Of a stretch of 64,000 nucleotides of DNA, positions 20,278-30,857 are shown in pieces. Both the position numbers and the translations under genes were made by a program. Within the stretch, counting starts at the first letter, position 1. Each line of letters opens with the position of its first letter. A model generated the notes under the pieces. It was not told where the DNA came from and searched no databases. It was given only the letters and a program-made list of their open reading frames with translations. The stretch lies in the IMG/VR virus record IMGVR_UViG_3300027782_000038; one strand, given 5' to 3'. The DNA is from a virus.

Positions 20278-23200
20278 ATGGCAACCATTGACGTAGCAAA
20301 CTCACGCAACCTTACAGCAGTTACTTACGCTCAGGACGATATTATCAACGTCTTGGATGGCGTAACGCTCACTATTAACAGCCAATGGTCAATCAGACCA
20401 AGATTGATTCAGGCTCTTGGCACAGGGCGTATTGAGGTTAGCAACTCCAGTAACACAACACCTCATCTGCAAGAGTTTTTTATGCAGAATGGTTTAAGTA
20501 GTGCTGCTTTAAATAATGGTGGTTTTACTGTCCAACAGAACGGTGTTCTACAAGTCAGAGGTGACTGGATTACTGTAGGAACGTCTACAGGTGCAAATAA
20601 CCAGACATTGTTTAGTGCAAACAATGTTGGTGGCGTATCAATTGACTACCCCTCAATGATTCAAGTTGAAACAGCTAACGGTAGTAATGTATGGGAAGTA
20701 TGGCAAGCTATTCCTGAAGATGTTACTGGTGGTACAAATAACACCTACGGATTTAACGCTAATAATGTTACTGTGGGTACTGTATCTATCACAACTGGTG
20801 GTGTGGTAACTGGCAATGGCACAAACTTTTTAAGTTCACACATTGGATTACCATTTAAACTGCCAAGCATTGCCCGTGATTTTGTTGTAAGTGCGCTTAC
20901 TTCTAATACATCTATTACTATTCAAGAACTTGATGGCACGACTTATACAGGCGGTGTAATTGCAGCGGGTAATACACACATTATTCGTTCTGGTTCTTTA
21001 ATTAATCCAACACAGGTTGGCGCAAGCGAAGTCGGTAAGGTGCTGTTTTTTAATCCCTTGACTACAGCGGTCAGAACGGGGGATGGAACGAACGGGACAA
21101 AGATACCTACAGGCGCAAGGGTTCGTATACCAAACATTCACTTTAACTCTGCGCTACAACAGACTACCCTTGCAACAGCAATCACAGGCACAGGCGCACA
21201 GGCTTTTACATTAGCCACAGCAATTGGACCAACAACCAACGGCGCTATTAACGTCAACCAAGCGATTGGTTCTTTTCTTTTGGTTAGTGGCTCAACGATT
21301 GAGCGTATTCACTTTCTTACTCGTTCTGGTGCAGTAGTTAGCGCAACCTCACAACTAAGAGGGCAATACGGCACAACGGCTCAAGCTAGTTTTCCAATTG
21401 GAACATTAGTCTATTGGATTCCATCGCCCAATAACACAGTCAATAACGCTGGCTTTAGCTGTAACCCATCTGGCACAATTGACATACAAACTTGCAGTAC
21501 AGGTATGCGGTTTAGAAATGATTTTCAAAACTACGCTGATCTAACGCTTAAAGACTTTGGTTGTTTTGGAACACTCATCGGTAACTCTGCTGGTACTTAT
21601 AACTTAAACACATTAAGCCTATTAGGAATTAACTGGCAAGCCCCCACATCAGTTAACGCTACAGCTACACTTAGTTCTATGCTTGGAAGCGGCAGTATTT
21701 CAAGTATTCATGCTAATTCTAATTATTCGGGCAACACAAGTGGAACAGCTTACAACTTTTCCAACATCCAGAACGCTCAAGTAATCAGTAATTTACGCTC
21801 TAGACAATGGGGTCGAAATGGGGCAGCGACTACAGCAGGATTTCGTGGCTTTGCATTTACAACGATTAAATCTGCTACTCCTGTAGATGGTCTTTACATG
21901 GCTGGCGGTGGGTTTTTTATAGCTGCTACTACCAACATTGATATTAAAAATATTTTTATTGCATCTTTGCCTAACGGCAATAGCACTAGCTCTACTGATG
22001 GAACTACATTTCCAACAATAACCAGCACAGTCAACAGCACGTTCAGAGGCTTACAGGTCTGGGGTGGAGGTATTGTTTCAAGAGGTGCTTTAATCAGCAT
22101 CGACTCATCTTGTGAAAGCGTTGTGTGTCATAACAAAGGATACTCAGCGATTGCGGGTTCATTACAAGTCCCATCCATTGTTACAGACGCTGGGTTAAAT
22201 AGCATCATCGCATTTATATCTGTTACAAACCCTCGTGTACAAACAGCAGCTCAAACTTATTTGACTGGTAACTCTATCAGTAACAGCGGTGGATTGTTTC
22301 GTATGCTGTTAATTGATTCCGTTACAAGTACAGCGGCTGGTACAGGTGGTGCATCAAAGTCTGGCGTTGAAATGGATATGGTTGCTGGCCCTCATCGAAT
22401 ATTTCAGACAACTGCAATAGCTTCAATTATTCCAAACTTGGTCGATGTGCAGCCCATTATTGTGATGTCAAACACAGCCAAAAGTGTTGGCTCTGTTTAT
22501 GTCGGTGGCTTTTCAGCACAAAGCTCTTTTAATATGTACACCTTTGGTGGCGGCACATTCTTAGATAACCTTGGTCGTATCTACTACCCTGCTATTAGTG
22601 ACTCAGTTATTATCAAGTCGGTGTTTGCACTCAAAGGCATCACAAACTTCACAGGCACAGCGTTTGATTTTAACTACAACTTAGGCGGTGGCAACCCAAT
22701 CCCCGCAGGCACGACTGTTGAATTTAGAATGACCAATTGGGGTACTGCAAACACGGGCGCATGGACAGCGTTTGTTGATAACTCTAGCCTTGAAACGGCA
22801 AGGGCTGCACTGACAGGTTATAGCTCGTCGGTTGGTTTAGATTTGCAATTCCGCATTACAGGCACGACTGCGGTGGCTGGTCGATATGTGATGAGCATGA
22901 AGTTGCCTGTCACGATTGATGCAGCCTATGACCCTGCCGTATACAGAACAGAGATTGGCTTTACTGGCGCACAAGTTGGTACGCTGATTGCAGGCTATCT
23001 AAACGCAGACCCAAATAATCCGTCACTGCAAAGTAACAAAACTCTTGCCAGCGATACTGGTTCTGTACCAATGCCGTATGACTATGATGCTGTTCCCGTG
23101 GCGTATCGCTTAGTAGCTCGATTAGCAGGCTGGACGTTTAGTAGTTTGACCGGAACATACCTCAAGACAGCAATCAGCATCCCTATCACGCAAAACCAAG

Positions 23201-25593
23201 TGTTAGATGTTAATGGCAATCCTCTGTATGTATCGGGCGTGACAGGCGTAGCGGTTGACCACGTTGCTCAGACCATTACCGTAAGTGCCAATCGTTCCGC
23301 AGCACAGATTTGGTCAGCGGTGCAAGATAACCTTTCTTTGCTTACAAACCTAGCACGACCAGACCCATTTACAACAAACAACGGTACAGTTTTCGACAGC
23401 AGCTACACGCTAGTCGTGACTGGCGGCATTACATCTGGCAACATCGACTCAAACGTAACCCTATCTGGCACACTTGCAAGCGGTGTAAACATTGTTGGTA
23501 ACATCGCACAAGCAACACCAACCAATTTAACTGGTGTGTCTATCGTTGGTAATTTAACATATAACACAGCTTCATCACCTACTGTAACTTTAACAAATAC
23601 AAACATTAGTGGAACAGTTAGCAACGCTGGTGCAGGTACAGTCACAATCAGTGCAAGTGGTAGCACTATTGGTACAGTCGGTACTCGTGTTGTTACTCGA
23701 CCTGTTACTGCTTTAACATTAAATGGTTTAACCGCCGGATCACAGATTTATATTGCTAACGGTTCTGGTACGCAAGTTGCGTATGTCGCATCGTCAGGCA
23801 CAAGCTACACACTCGACACCACAGGTCAAACAGGCGCTTGGGTTTGGAAGGTAGCTCGCTATGGATTTACATCACAATACGGTGGACACAGCCCCGCCAC
23901 GGCTTCAACAACGGTAACGGTTGTCTTATCAGCAGACGCATTCATTACGCAGCCTGTAAAGGCTACAGTAGCAGCGTATGAGTTCTTGCCGAACATGGAC
24001 ACCTTGTATGATTACTCAGCCTACTACGAAACGCTAGAGATCGGCATACCCTACTCACGGATCATCACCAAGGCGGGTACTAACGCTTCTGCTGGCTCAT
24101 ATCCTGTAGAAATAAATGATACAGGTGACTTGTTTGTTTTTAATGGTTCATCATTATCAATCTGGTGTGGTGATAGACTAAGTGCTGGAACTACAATTAC
24201 AGGCGCATTGTTTAGTTCAAGTTCTGTAACGATACCTTCTAACTTTGGCAATACAGCTATTACAGCAAACGTGATTCAGCTCTTTCCAAGTGACTTGTCT
24301 GGTATGGTTATCACAGGTAACTTGAGTTACAACGATAGCGCTCCATACGCCTATACTGCAACTATTACTGACAGTACTATTACAGGCACAATTAGTAACA
24401 TTGGAACTGCTCAAGTTAAAGTGATTAAGGCTGGTACTTCACCGTTCTTTACTGCTGGCGCTAGAGTAAGTGTTGTAGGAATAGCTACCTTTAGAACAAC
24501 TGATAACCTTGCCTTGACCACTTATGTTACTAAAAACGGTGGTGTAGATTTAGGGTTTGTAGTGCAAAATACTGCTAGGACTGTAGAAGTTTCAGCAGGA
24601 GATACGTTTGCGGTATATGCTGTAGCATATGGATACAAAAGAAAGTTATATTATCCTGTAGCTTCAGACTTTAATACGTTTACTACATCATTAATTCCAG
24701 AGACTAACGTAGATACAACATTAAATACTACTAATAGAAACTATATTGCAACACAAATAAGCACAGCTCTTGATGGTCAATTGGTTGCAGTATCAATAGG
24801 TTCAGACTTACGTGCTTATTCTCCAGCGGATGTTTTAAACGGATTACATTACTACACAGTTGTGTACGGCGAATTGCCAGCTTATGTATCAGTTTTGTCT
24901 GGAACCACTGCGGGTTTTGACATCATAACGGGTGGCGTTTATATATCATCTCCAGCGTTTTATGCCAAAGTAAATAACTCAGTAACTACTACAACAGACG
25001 TAGGTATCTTAATACCATTGTACTTCCAAGTAGCCGCTTCTGTTTATGTTGCTAATCCAGCATATACCCCAGTGAAAAAGAATAGCTCAGGTATTATTTT
25101 ACAGACTGCGCCTTGGACACAGCAAACAGCGGTTATTAGTGAAACAGACAAGACTAGTATACGAACTGGTCTTGCCCTACAAGCAAATGTTTTAGCTATT
25201 CCAACTAATACTCTTTTAACTACTGATGTTCGTTTGAATAGATTGGATGCCAATGTTTCAAGTCGCCTCGCAACAACATCTTATACTGCGCCAGATAATG
25301 CAAATACTGCTTTGATAAAGGTTAAAGTTGATACCTTACCTATACTCACTCAAATCGAAGCATCAACTGTATTAGCTAAAGAATCTACTGTAAATACAAA
25401 GGCATCACAAGCAAGTGTCAATGCGATTCCAACAAATACCGTGTTGGTAACAGATACTAGACTAGATAAACTGGATGCCAATGTTTCAAGTCGCCTAACA
25501 CTTGCAGGAATTGAATCATCTAATGTGGTTGCAAAAGAGGCTTCGGTTACATCAGTTAAAATAAACACCAATTTAATACCAGCACTACTTTAA
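20278..25593 (+). CDS. Large (1771 aa) G/T/S/A-rich putative virion structural or adhesin-like protein
   Basis: Long ORF with beta-rich composition and C-terminal LDANVSSRL repeats; sits in the late operon. Confidence 0.55.
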   Translation: MATIDVANSRNLTAVTYAQDDIINVLDGVTLTINSQWSIRPRLIQALGTGRIEVSNSSNTTPHLQEFFMQNGLSSAALNNGGFTVQQNGVLQVRGDWITVGTSTGANNQTLFSANNVGGVSIDYPSMIQVETANGSNVWEVWQAIPEDVTGGTNNTYGFNANNVTVGTVSITTGGVVTGNGTNFLSSHIGLPFKLPSIARDFVVSALTSNTSITIQELDGTTYTGGVIAAGNTHIIRSGSLINPTQVGASEVGKVLFFNPLTTAVRTGDGTNGTKIPTGARVRIPNIHFNSALQQTTLATAITGTGAQAFTLATAIGPTTNGAINVNQAIGSFLLVSGSTIERIHFLTRSGAVVSATSQLRGQYGTTAQASFPIGTLVYWIPSPNNTVNNAGFSCNPSGTIDIQTCSTGMRFRNDFQNYADLTLKDFGCFGTLIGNSAGTYNLNTLSLLGINWQAPTSVNATATLSSMLGSGSISSIHANSNYSGNTSGTAYNFSNIQNAQVISNLRSRQWGRNGAATTAGFRGFAFTTIKSATPVDGLYMAGGGFFIAATTNIDIKNIFIASLPNGNSTSSTDGTTFPTITSTVNSTFRGLQVWGGGIVSRGALISIDSSCESVVCHNKGYSAIAGSLQVPSIVTDAGLNSIIAFISVTNPRVQTAAQTYLTGNSISNSGGLFRMLLIDSVTSTAAGTGGASKSGVEMDMVAGPHRIFQTTAIASIIPNLVDVQPIIVMSNTAKSVGSVYVGGFSAQSSFNMYTFGGGTFLDNLGRIYYPAISDSVIIKSVFALKGITNFTGTAFDFNYNLGGGNPIPAGTTVEFRMTNWGTANTGAWTAFVDNSSLETARAALTGYSSSVGLDLQFRITGTTAVAGRYVMSMKLPVTIDAAYDPAVYRTEIGFTGAQVGTLIAGYLNADPNNPSLQSNKTLASDTGSVPMPYDYDAVPVAYRLVARLAGWTFSSLTGTYLKTAISIPITQNQVLDVNGNPLYVSGVTGVAVDHVAQTITVSANRSAAQIWSAVQDNLSLLTNLARPDPFTTNNGTVFDSSYTLVVTGGITSGNIDSNVTLSGTLASGVNIVGNIAQATPTNLTGVSIVGNLTYNTASSPTVTLTNTNISGTVSNAGAGTVTISASGSTIGTVGTRVVTRPVTALTLNGLTAGSQIYIANGSGTQVAYVASSGTSYTLDTTGQTGAWVWKVARYGFTSQYGGHSPATASTTVTVVLSADAFITQPVKATVAAYEFLPNMDTLYDYSAYYETLEIGIPYSRIITKAGTNASAGSYPVEINDTGDLFVFNGSSLSIWCGDRLSAGTTITGALFSSSSVTIPSNFGNTAITANVIQLFPSDLSGMVITGNLSYNDSAPYAYTATITDSTITGTISNIGTAQVKVIKAGTSPFFTAGARVSVVGIATFRTTDNLALTTYVTKNGGVDLGFVVQNTARTVEVSAGDTFAVYAVAYGYKRKLYYPVASDFNTFTTSLIPETNVDTTLNTTNRNYIATQISTALDGQLVAVSIGSDLRAYSPADVLNGLHYYTVVYGELPAYVSVLSGTTAGFDIITGGVYISSPAFYAKVNNSVTTTTDVGILIPLYFQVAASVYVANPAYTPVKKNSSGIILQTAPWTQQTAVISETDKTSIRTGLALQANVLAIPTNTLLTTDVRLNRLDANVSSRLATTSYTAPDNANTALIKVKVDTLPILTQIEASTVLAKESTVNTKASQASVNAIPTNTVLVTDTRLDKLDANVSSRLTLAGIESSNVVAKEASVTSVKINTNLIPALL

Positions 25594-25606
25594 TAAATCA
25601 AAATAT

Positions 25607-25614
25607 TATAAATA
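25607..25614 (+). promoter_or_regulatory. Late promoter TATAAATA
   Basis: Exact consensus upstream of the head core genes. Confidence 0.7.
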
Positions 25615-25634
25615 TCTATTATTTGGAGAACTTT

Positions 25635-25817
25635 ATGTCAGATTACTCAACACGCAATATCATTGATTATGCATTTGATGGTGATGGTACAAAATTTAGA
25701 GATGAATTATATGGTTCAATTCATGACCGTATTTCGGCACACATTGATGCCAAGAAGCAAGAGATTGCTCGTGGTTTGGTAGGACAGAATGAAGAAATTG
25801 AAGAAGTTGAAGAATAA
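25635..25817 (+). CDS. Prohead core protein (gp67-like)
   Basis: Small protein with acidic tail in the gp67 syntenic position; GGAG RBS. Confidence 0.6.
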   Translation: MSDYSTRNIIDYAFDGDGTKFRDELYGSIHDRISAHIDAKKQEIARGLVGQNEEIEEVEE

Positions 25818-25820
25818 TAC

Positions 25821-26351
25821 ATGAAATCAATGAAAGACTTCCTCGATTCAAGACAACCTCTACCTGAAGTGGTAGAGGAAGAAGTTATTACGATTGAGGA
25901 ATTAGAAGCAATGGATGAAACATTGTTTGAAGATGATGAAAAACAAATTCATGGCCATCCAATGGATCCACCAGCCGTACTGGTTATGCGTAGAAAGTCT
26001 ATTAGACAGTTCCCAAATAATCAAAGAGTGGCAATGTATTATGTGGATAAGATAAATAAGTATGTAACAGTTCCATACTTGGCAATGCAATGGTCTGCTT
26101 CAATGCCGGAAGAAGTTTCGGGTAATATTATAAACAGTTTAGTAAATATTGTTGAATCACAAAAAGAAAAAATTGTTCATTTTGATGACGGTAAAACATT
26201 TAAAGTAAATGAACAAACAGCCAAAACAATTCTAAAAGTTTATTCTGCATTGAACGAAGATAACAAACAAAAGCTTGCTGAAATGGCACAAATGAATAAA
26301 GAAAATTTTGTGAAAGTATTTAACTTTGCACAACAAGAATTATTAAAATAG
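25821..26351 (+). CDS. Putative prohead core / head-associated protein (gp68 position)
   Basis: Synteny between gp67-like and gp21; DPPAVLVMRRKSIRQFP motif. Confidence 0.45.
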   Translation: MKSMKDFLDSRQPLPEVVEEEVITIEELEAMDETLFEDDEKQIHGHPMDPPAVLVMRRKSIRQFPNNQRVAMYYVDKINKYVTVPYLAMQWSASMPEEVSGNIINSLVNIVESQKEKIVHFDDGKTFKVNEQTAKTILKVYSALNEDNKQKLAEMAQMNKENFVKVFNFAQQELLK

Positions 26352-26359
26352 GATAGAAA

Positions 26360-26884
26360 ATGGCAACCTCAAATTCGACACAGATACTAATTGACACTAA
26401 TAGACGAACTGTTATCAAACGAGTTGGTATTTTTGATGCCGCCGGTGGTGATGAAAACGAAACTGTCATTATTAATCCAAGAACTTTAAATTATTTAATG
26501 AACGCCAACAATTTACCGTATCAGGCCGGCAATACATTTGGACCAGGTTTTGCAAATTCAGCGTTCACAATTACCAGAATTCTTGCTACTGTTGATGCTG
26601 AAGTTGGTCACCTTCAATTAAAGTGGGAAGGCACTGGTGCTTCAGCCACAATTTTTGCATTTGGTGCTGGATCATCAGATACTAATATTAACGGTAATTT
26701 TCCAGCGATCACTAATAATGCCACAGGTCCTACAGGTAACGTAACAATCAAGACTGTAGGAACAACAGCAAATGCTGCATATACAGTTATGATTGAATTA
26801 CATAAAAATGGCACCTACTACAGTGGTGGCCAATTCCAAGATCCTGCTGCGTTTAACTATCCTCCTTACAATCTAACACCATAA
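26360..26884 (+). CDS. Hypothetical virion protein
   Basis: 174-aa ORF in the head operon. Confidence 0.55.
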   Translation: MATSNSTQILIDTNRRTVIKRVGIFDAAGGDENETVIINPRTLNYLMNANNLPYQAGNTFGPGFANSAFTITRILATVDAEVGHLQLKWEGTGASATIFAFGAGSSDTNINGNFPAITNNATGPTGNVTIKTVGTTANAAYTVMIELHKNGTYYSGGQFQDPAAFNYPPYNLTP

Positions 26885-26899
26885 GGAACTGGATCTAAA

Positions 26900-27544
26900 A
26901 TGAAACTTATTAAAGAAATCAACGAAACAATAAACTACATCATCGAAGAATCTGATGGCAAGAAAGTTTTGCATATTGAAGGTCCTTTTTTGGTAGCCGA
27001 AGTAAAAAATAAAAATGGTAGATTGTACGAATTCAATACCATGAGAAAAGAAGTACATCGTTACACAGAAGAATGTATAAATAAAAATAGAGCATTTGGT
27101 GAACTGGGACATCCAGATTCTCCTTCTATCAATCTAGAAAGAACCGCTATTTTAATTAAATCATTAAAAGAAGATGGTAATCAATGGATTGGTAAAGCAA
27201 AAATACTTGAAACACCAATGGGTATCATAGCAAAACAATTAATAGAAGGTGGCGCTCAACTTGGTGTTTCTTCCCGAGGAATGGGATCATTGAAGAATGT
27301 TAACGGTGTTAATGTTGTTCAACCCGATTTTTATCTAGCCACAGCGGCAGATATTGTAGCAGACCCTTCCGCACCTGGTGCATTTGTACGTGGTATCATG
27401 GAAGGAAAAGAATGGATGTTAATCAATGGTGTTTGGACTGAACAAGATCAATCTGAAGCAATACAACAAATACGTAAAGCAACCAGAAAACAAATTGAGG
27501 AAGTTAGTCTAAATATTTTTGGAAGCTTCCTTAAAAAACTTTAA
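26900..27544 (+). CDS. gp21: Prohead protease gp21
   Basis: NKNGRLY, AFGELGHP, GVSSRGMGSL and DIVADPSAP.AFV motifs. Confidence 0.96.
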   Translation: MKLIKEINETINYIIEESDGKKVLHIEGPFLVAEVKNKNGRLYEFNTMRKEVHRYTEECINKNRAFGELGHPDSPSINLERTAILIKSLKEDGNQWIGKAKILETPMGIIAKQLIEGGAQLGVSSRGMGSLKNVNGVNVVQPDFYLATAADIVADPSAPGAFVRGIMEGKEWMLINGVWTEQDQSEAIQQIRKATRKQIEEVSLNIFGSFLKKL

Positions 27545-27583
27545 ACATAAATATACAATACAGAAAACAAGGAGATTTTCAAA

Positions 27584-28756
27584 ATGGCAAAATTCAATCT
27601 GTCTGAAGCCGCTAGTGCAATTCTGGAAGGATCAAAAGAAACATTTGATGCTAACATTGCTGCAAAACGTGGACAACGTGGACAAACAGGTACAAAATCA
27701 GAAGTAGGCGATAGTAAGTTGGATGCAAGTGTAGCTTATGGTACATCTGATGCAGGAAAAATTGGTGATGCACCAGAAGCAAACGATGCTGGTTTACCAG
27801 ATTTCACTAGAGGCGTTCCATCAGCAACACCACCAGGCGCAACACCACCAGTTGGTGCAGAAGCAGGTAGTAAGTTAAGTGGTCAACCACAACAAACTAT
27901 GGGTCGTGCTGATTTAGTTACTCCAACACAAGCATCTGCAACAGACTATTCAGCAATTCGTGATCGTATTGCCGGCAAACTTGCACCACAAATGATGCAA
28001 GCCAATCCAGGTGCTACATTCCAAGCATATGCTGAAGATATCAATGCAATGTTGTCTGGTGAAAACCTTTCAGAAGAATTCGTATCAAAAGCTACCACAA
28101 TTTTTGAAGCAGCTGTTGTTGCTCGTGCAACTGAAGTTGTTGAAATTATGGAACAAGAATTGACAGAACAATTTGAAGTTGCTGTCGAACAAGTAAAAGA
28201 AGATTTGGCATCTAAAGTTGATGACTATCTGAATTACATGGTCGAAGAATGGATGAGAGAAAACGAAATCGCTATTGAAAAAGGTCTACGTGCTGAAATT
28301 GCCGAAGATTTTATTAACGGTCTACGTGATTTATTCGTTGAACACTATATCGACATTCCAACAGAGAAAGTTGACATTGTTAGTGAATTGGCTGAGAAGG
28401 TTGAAGAACTGGAAGAGTCACTCAATGCTGAAATTAATCGTGGTGTTGAACTAACAAAAGAATTAAATGAACAAAGAAAAATCGAGGCTATCTACACAGC
28501 GTGCGAAGGCCTGACACAAACCCAAGTAGAAAAAATGAAATCACTCGCAGAGAGTATTGAATTTACTACTGAATATGAATTTGCTGATAAAATGGAAACA
28601 TTGAAAGAATCTTACTTTCATCCTTCAGTTAAAACTGCAAGCAGATTAGCTTTAGATGAAGAAGTATTCATTGAAGAAGAAAAGAAAGTTTACAAATCTT
28701 CAGACCCAGCAATGGACATTTACGCAAAAACAATTTCGAAAACTTTAATTAAATAA
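27584..28756 (+). CDS. gp22: Prohead scaffold protein gp22
   Basis: LSEEF..KA.TIFEAAV, VDDYLNY.VEEW..EN..AIE.G and KESYF motifs. Confidence 0.93.
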   Translation: MAKFNLSEAASAILEGSKETFDANIAAKRGQRGQTGTKSEVGDSKLDASVAYGTSDAGKIGDAPEANDAGLPDFTRGVPSATPPGATPPVGAEAGSKLSGQPQQTMGRADLVTPTQASATDYSAIRDRIAGKLAPQMMQANPGATFQAYAEDINAMLSGENLSEEFVSKATTIFEAAVVARATEVVEIMEQELTEQFEVAVEQVKEDLASKVDDYLNYMVEEWMRENEIAIEKGLRAEIAEDFINGLRDLFVEHYIDIPTEKVDIVSELAEKVEELEESLNAEINRGVELTKELNEQRKIEAIYTACEGLTQTQVEKMKSLAESIEFTTEYEFADKMETLKESYFHPSVKTASRLALDEEVFIEEEKKVYKSSDPAMDIYAKTISKTLIK

Positions 28757-28793
28757 ATAAAGTACCAAAGATACTTACCATAAGGAGATTTTA

Positions 28794-30128
28794 ATGTATC
28801 TATCAGAAGAACTACAACAAAAATGGAATCCTGTTTTGGAACACCCAGAATTGGAAGCTATTAAAGATCCATACAAGAAAGCTGTAACAGCTGTTATTCT
28901 TGAAAACCAACATCAAGCGATGCAACAAGATCGTCAGATGTTAAATGAAACATTGACAGCTGATGGTCCTACAAACATCACTGGTGGTGTTCAAAACTTC
29001 GATCCAATCTTAATCAGCTTGGTTCGCCGTTCATTGCCAAATCTGATCGCTTATGACGTTGCTGGTGTTCAACCAATGACAGGTCCTACAGGTCTGATTT
29101 TTGCAATGCGTGCTAAGTATGCAACACAAGGTGGTGCTGAAGCTTTCTATAACGAAGCTAACACAGTATTCTCAGGTAAACCATCTGCTGCGAACCCATA
29201 CGGTTTCCAAGGCACATTGGCATCTGATACAGCAAATACATTCCAAACTCAGACAGCATCATCAAATACTACATCTGGTATTGGTGTTCCAACTGCTAAC
29301 GCTGAATTCTGGGGTGCTGACGTTGCTGGTCAACCAGTTTTTCAACAAATGGCATTCTCAATTGAGAAAGTTACTGTTACTGCACAAAGTCGTGCATTGA
29401 AAGCTGAATACTCACTTGAATTAGCTCAAGACTTGAAAGCAATTCATGGTCTGGATGCTGAAACAGAATTGTCAAACATTCTGTCAACAGAAATCTTGGC
29501 TGAAATCAACCGTGAAGTTATTCGTACAATCTATACTTGTGCCGTTCCTGGTGCTCAGTATGGTACTGTAACTGCTGGTTCATTCGACTTAGATACAGAT
29601 TCAAACGGTCGTTGGTCAGTTGAACGTTTCAAAGGTTTGATTTTCCAAATCGAACGTGATGCTAACGTAATTGCTAAGCAAACTCGTCGTGGAAAAGGTA
29701 ACGTTTTGATCGTTTCTTCAGATGTTGCTTCAGCAATGGCTATGTCTGGTGTTCTTACTTACACACCTGCATTACAAGCTGACTTACAAGTTGATGACAC
29801 AGGTAACACATTCGCTGGTCTGTTACATGGTCGTATTAAGGTCTATATTGACCCATACTTCGGTGGTTATACAACTAATCAAGAATTGGTTACAATCGGT
29901 TATAAGGGTGCTTCACCTTATGATGCTGGTCTGTTCTATTGCCCATACGTTCCTCTACAAATGGTTCGTGCAGTTGACCAGTTCACATTCCAACCAAAGA
30001 TTGGATTCAAGACTCGTTACGGTATGGTTGCAAACCCATTCGCACAAGGCTTAACAGCTGGTAACGGCGCATTGAACGCACGTACAAACGTTTACTACCG
30101 CTTGTTCTCAGTAAGAAACTTGATGTAA
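28794..30128 (+). CDS. gp23: Major capsid protein gp23
   Basis: GVQPMTGPTGLIFAMR, SRALKAEYSLELAQDLKAIHGLDAE.EL and FQPKIGFKTRYG motifs. Confidence 0.98.
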   Translation: MYLSEELQQKWNPVLEHPELEAIKDPYKKAVTAVILENQHQAMQQDRQMLNETLTADGPTNITGGVQNFDPILISLVRRSLPNLIAYDVAGVQPMTGPTGLIFAMRAKYATQGGAEAFYNEANTVFSGKPSAANPYGFQGTLASDTANTFQTQTASSNTTSGIGVPTANAEFWGADVAGQPVFQQMAFSIEKVTVTAQSRALKAEYSLELAQDLKAIHGLDAETELSNILSTEILAEINREVIRTIYTCAVPGAQYGTVTAGSFDLDTDSNGRWSVERFKGLIFQIERDANVIAKQTRRGKGNVLIVSSDVASAMAMSGVLTYTPALQADLQVDDTGNTFAGLLHGRIKVYIDPYFGGYTTNQELVTIGYKGASPYDAGLFYCPYVPLQMVRAVDQFTFQPKIGFKTRYGMVANPFAQGLTAGNGALNARTNVYYRLFSVRNLM

Positions 30129-30166
30129 TTTACGTTAAAAATAAAATCACCGTAGAGTGATCTTTT

Positions 30167-30199
30167 AAAGAGGACCCTTAAAAAAGGTCCTCTTTTTTT
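30167..30199 (+). terminator. Rho-independent terminator after gp23
   Basis: AAAGAGGACC...GGTCCTCTTT followed by a T tract. Confidence 0.85.
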
Positions 30200-30266
30200 A
30201 TGACCTAAATACTAGTAAGATAGTAATTATAGAACCTAAATCACATTTTATTGTTAAAATACTACT

Positions 30267-30788
30267 ATGACAGTACTTACCAGAGTTCCAGAAAATACCA
30301 ATTACTTACAAGCAACTAAGTTTCTATTAACTATTGATAGAATTACTACCACACAATACTTTTGTCAATCTGTGAATTTGCCTGGTGTTTCGTTAGGAAA
30401 AGCAGAGTTCAATACACCAACTTTAGATATGTACGTGGCTGGAAATAAATTAACGTATAGTCCATTAACAATATCATTTACTATTGATGAACAGATACAA
30501 TCATGGAAAGAATTACATACATGGTTTCTTTCCATTGCATCACCGGATATGGAAGAAAGAGTTAGATTAACAGATTTACAAAGCAAAAGAAAAACACAAA
30601 AGAATTATTCAGACGGAACATTGACCATTCTTTCGGCACTAAACAATCCTATTGTCAATGTAAGATTCATCAATTTATTTCCAATATCTCTATCTGACAT
30701 TCAATTTGACACACAATCTTCGGCTGATAGTATTATTACAGCTACAGCAACATTTCATTACCAGCAATTTGATTTTGCACCTATCTAA
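30267..30788 (+). CDS. gp3: Tail completion protein gp3
   Basis: YFCQSVNLPGVSLG, L.ISF.IDE....W.E...W and FP.SLS...FD motifs. Confidence 0.85.
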   Translation: MTVLTRVPENTNYLQATKFLLTIDRITTTQYFCQSVNLPGVSLGKAEFNTPTLDMYVAGNKLTYSPLTISFTIDEQIQSWKELHTWFLSIASPDMEERVRLTDLQSKRKTQKNYSDGTLTILSALNNPIVNVRFINLFPISLSDIQFDTQSSADSIITATATFHYQQFDFAPI

Positions 30789-30857
30789 CATAGATATTGC
30801 CACAATAACATTGTATATGTTATAATGCCGTTTTAACGTTAATTACTTGATATCATT

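Noticed and set aside
1072-25571. Numerous minus-strand and alternate-frame ORFs inside structural genes (e.g. 6513-7226, 7785-8291, 19412-19801)
   Set aside because: They are antisense shadows of repetitive, codon-biased genes and have no independent signals.
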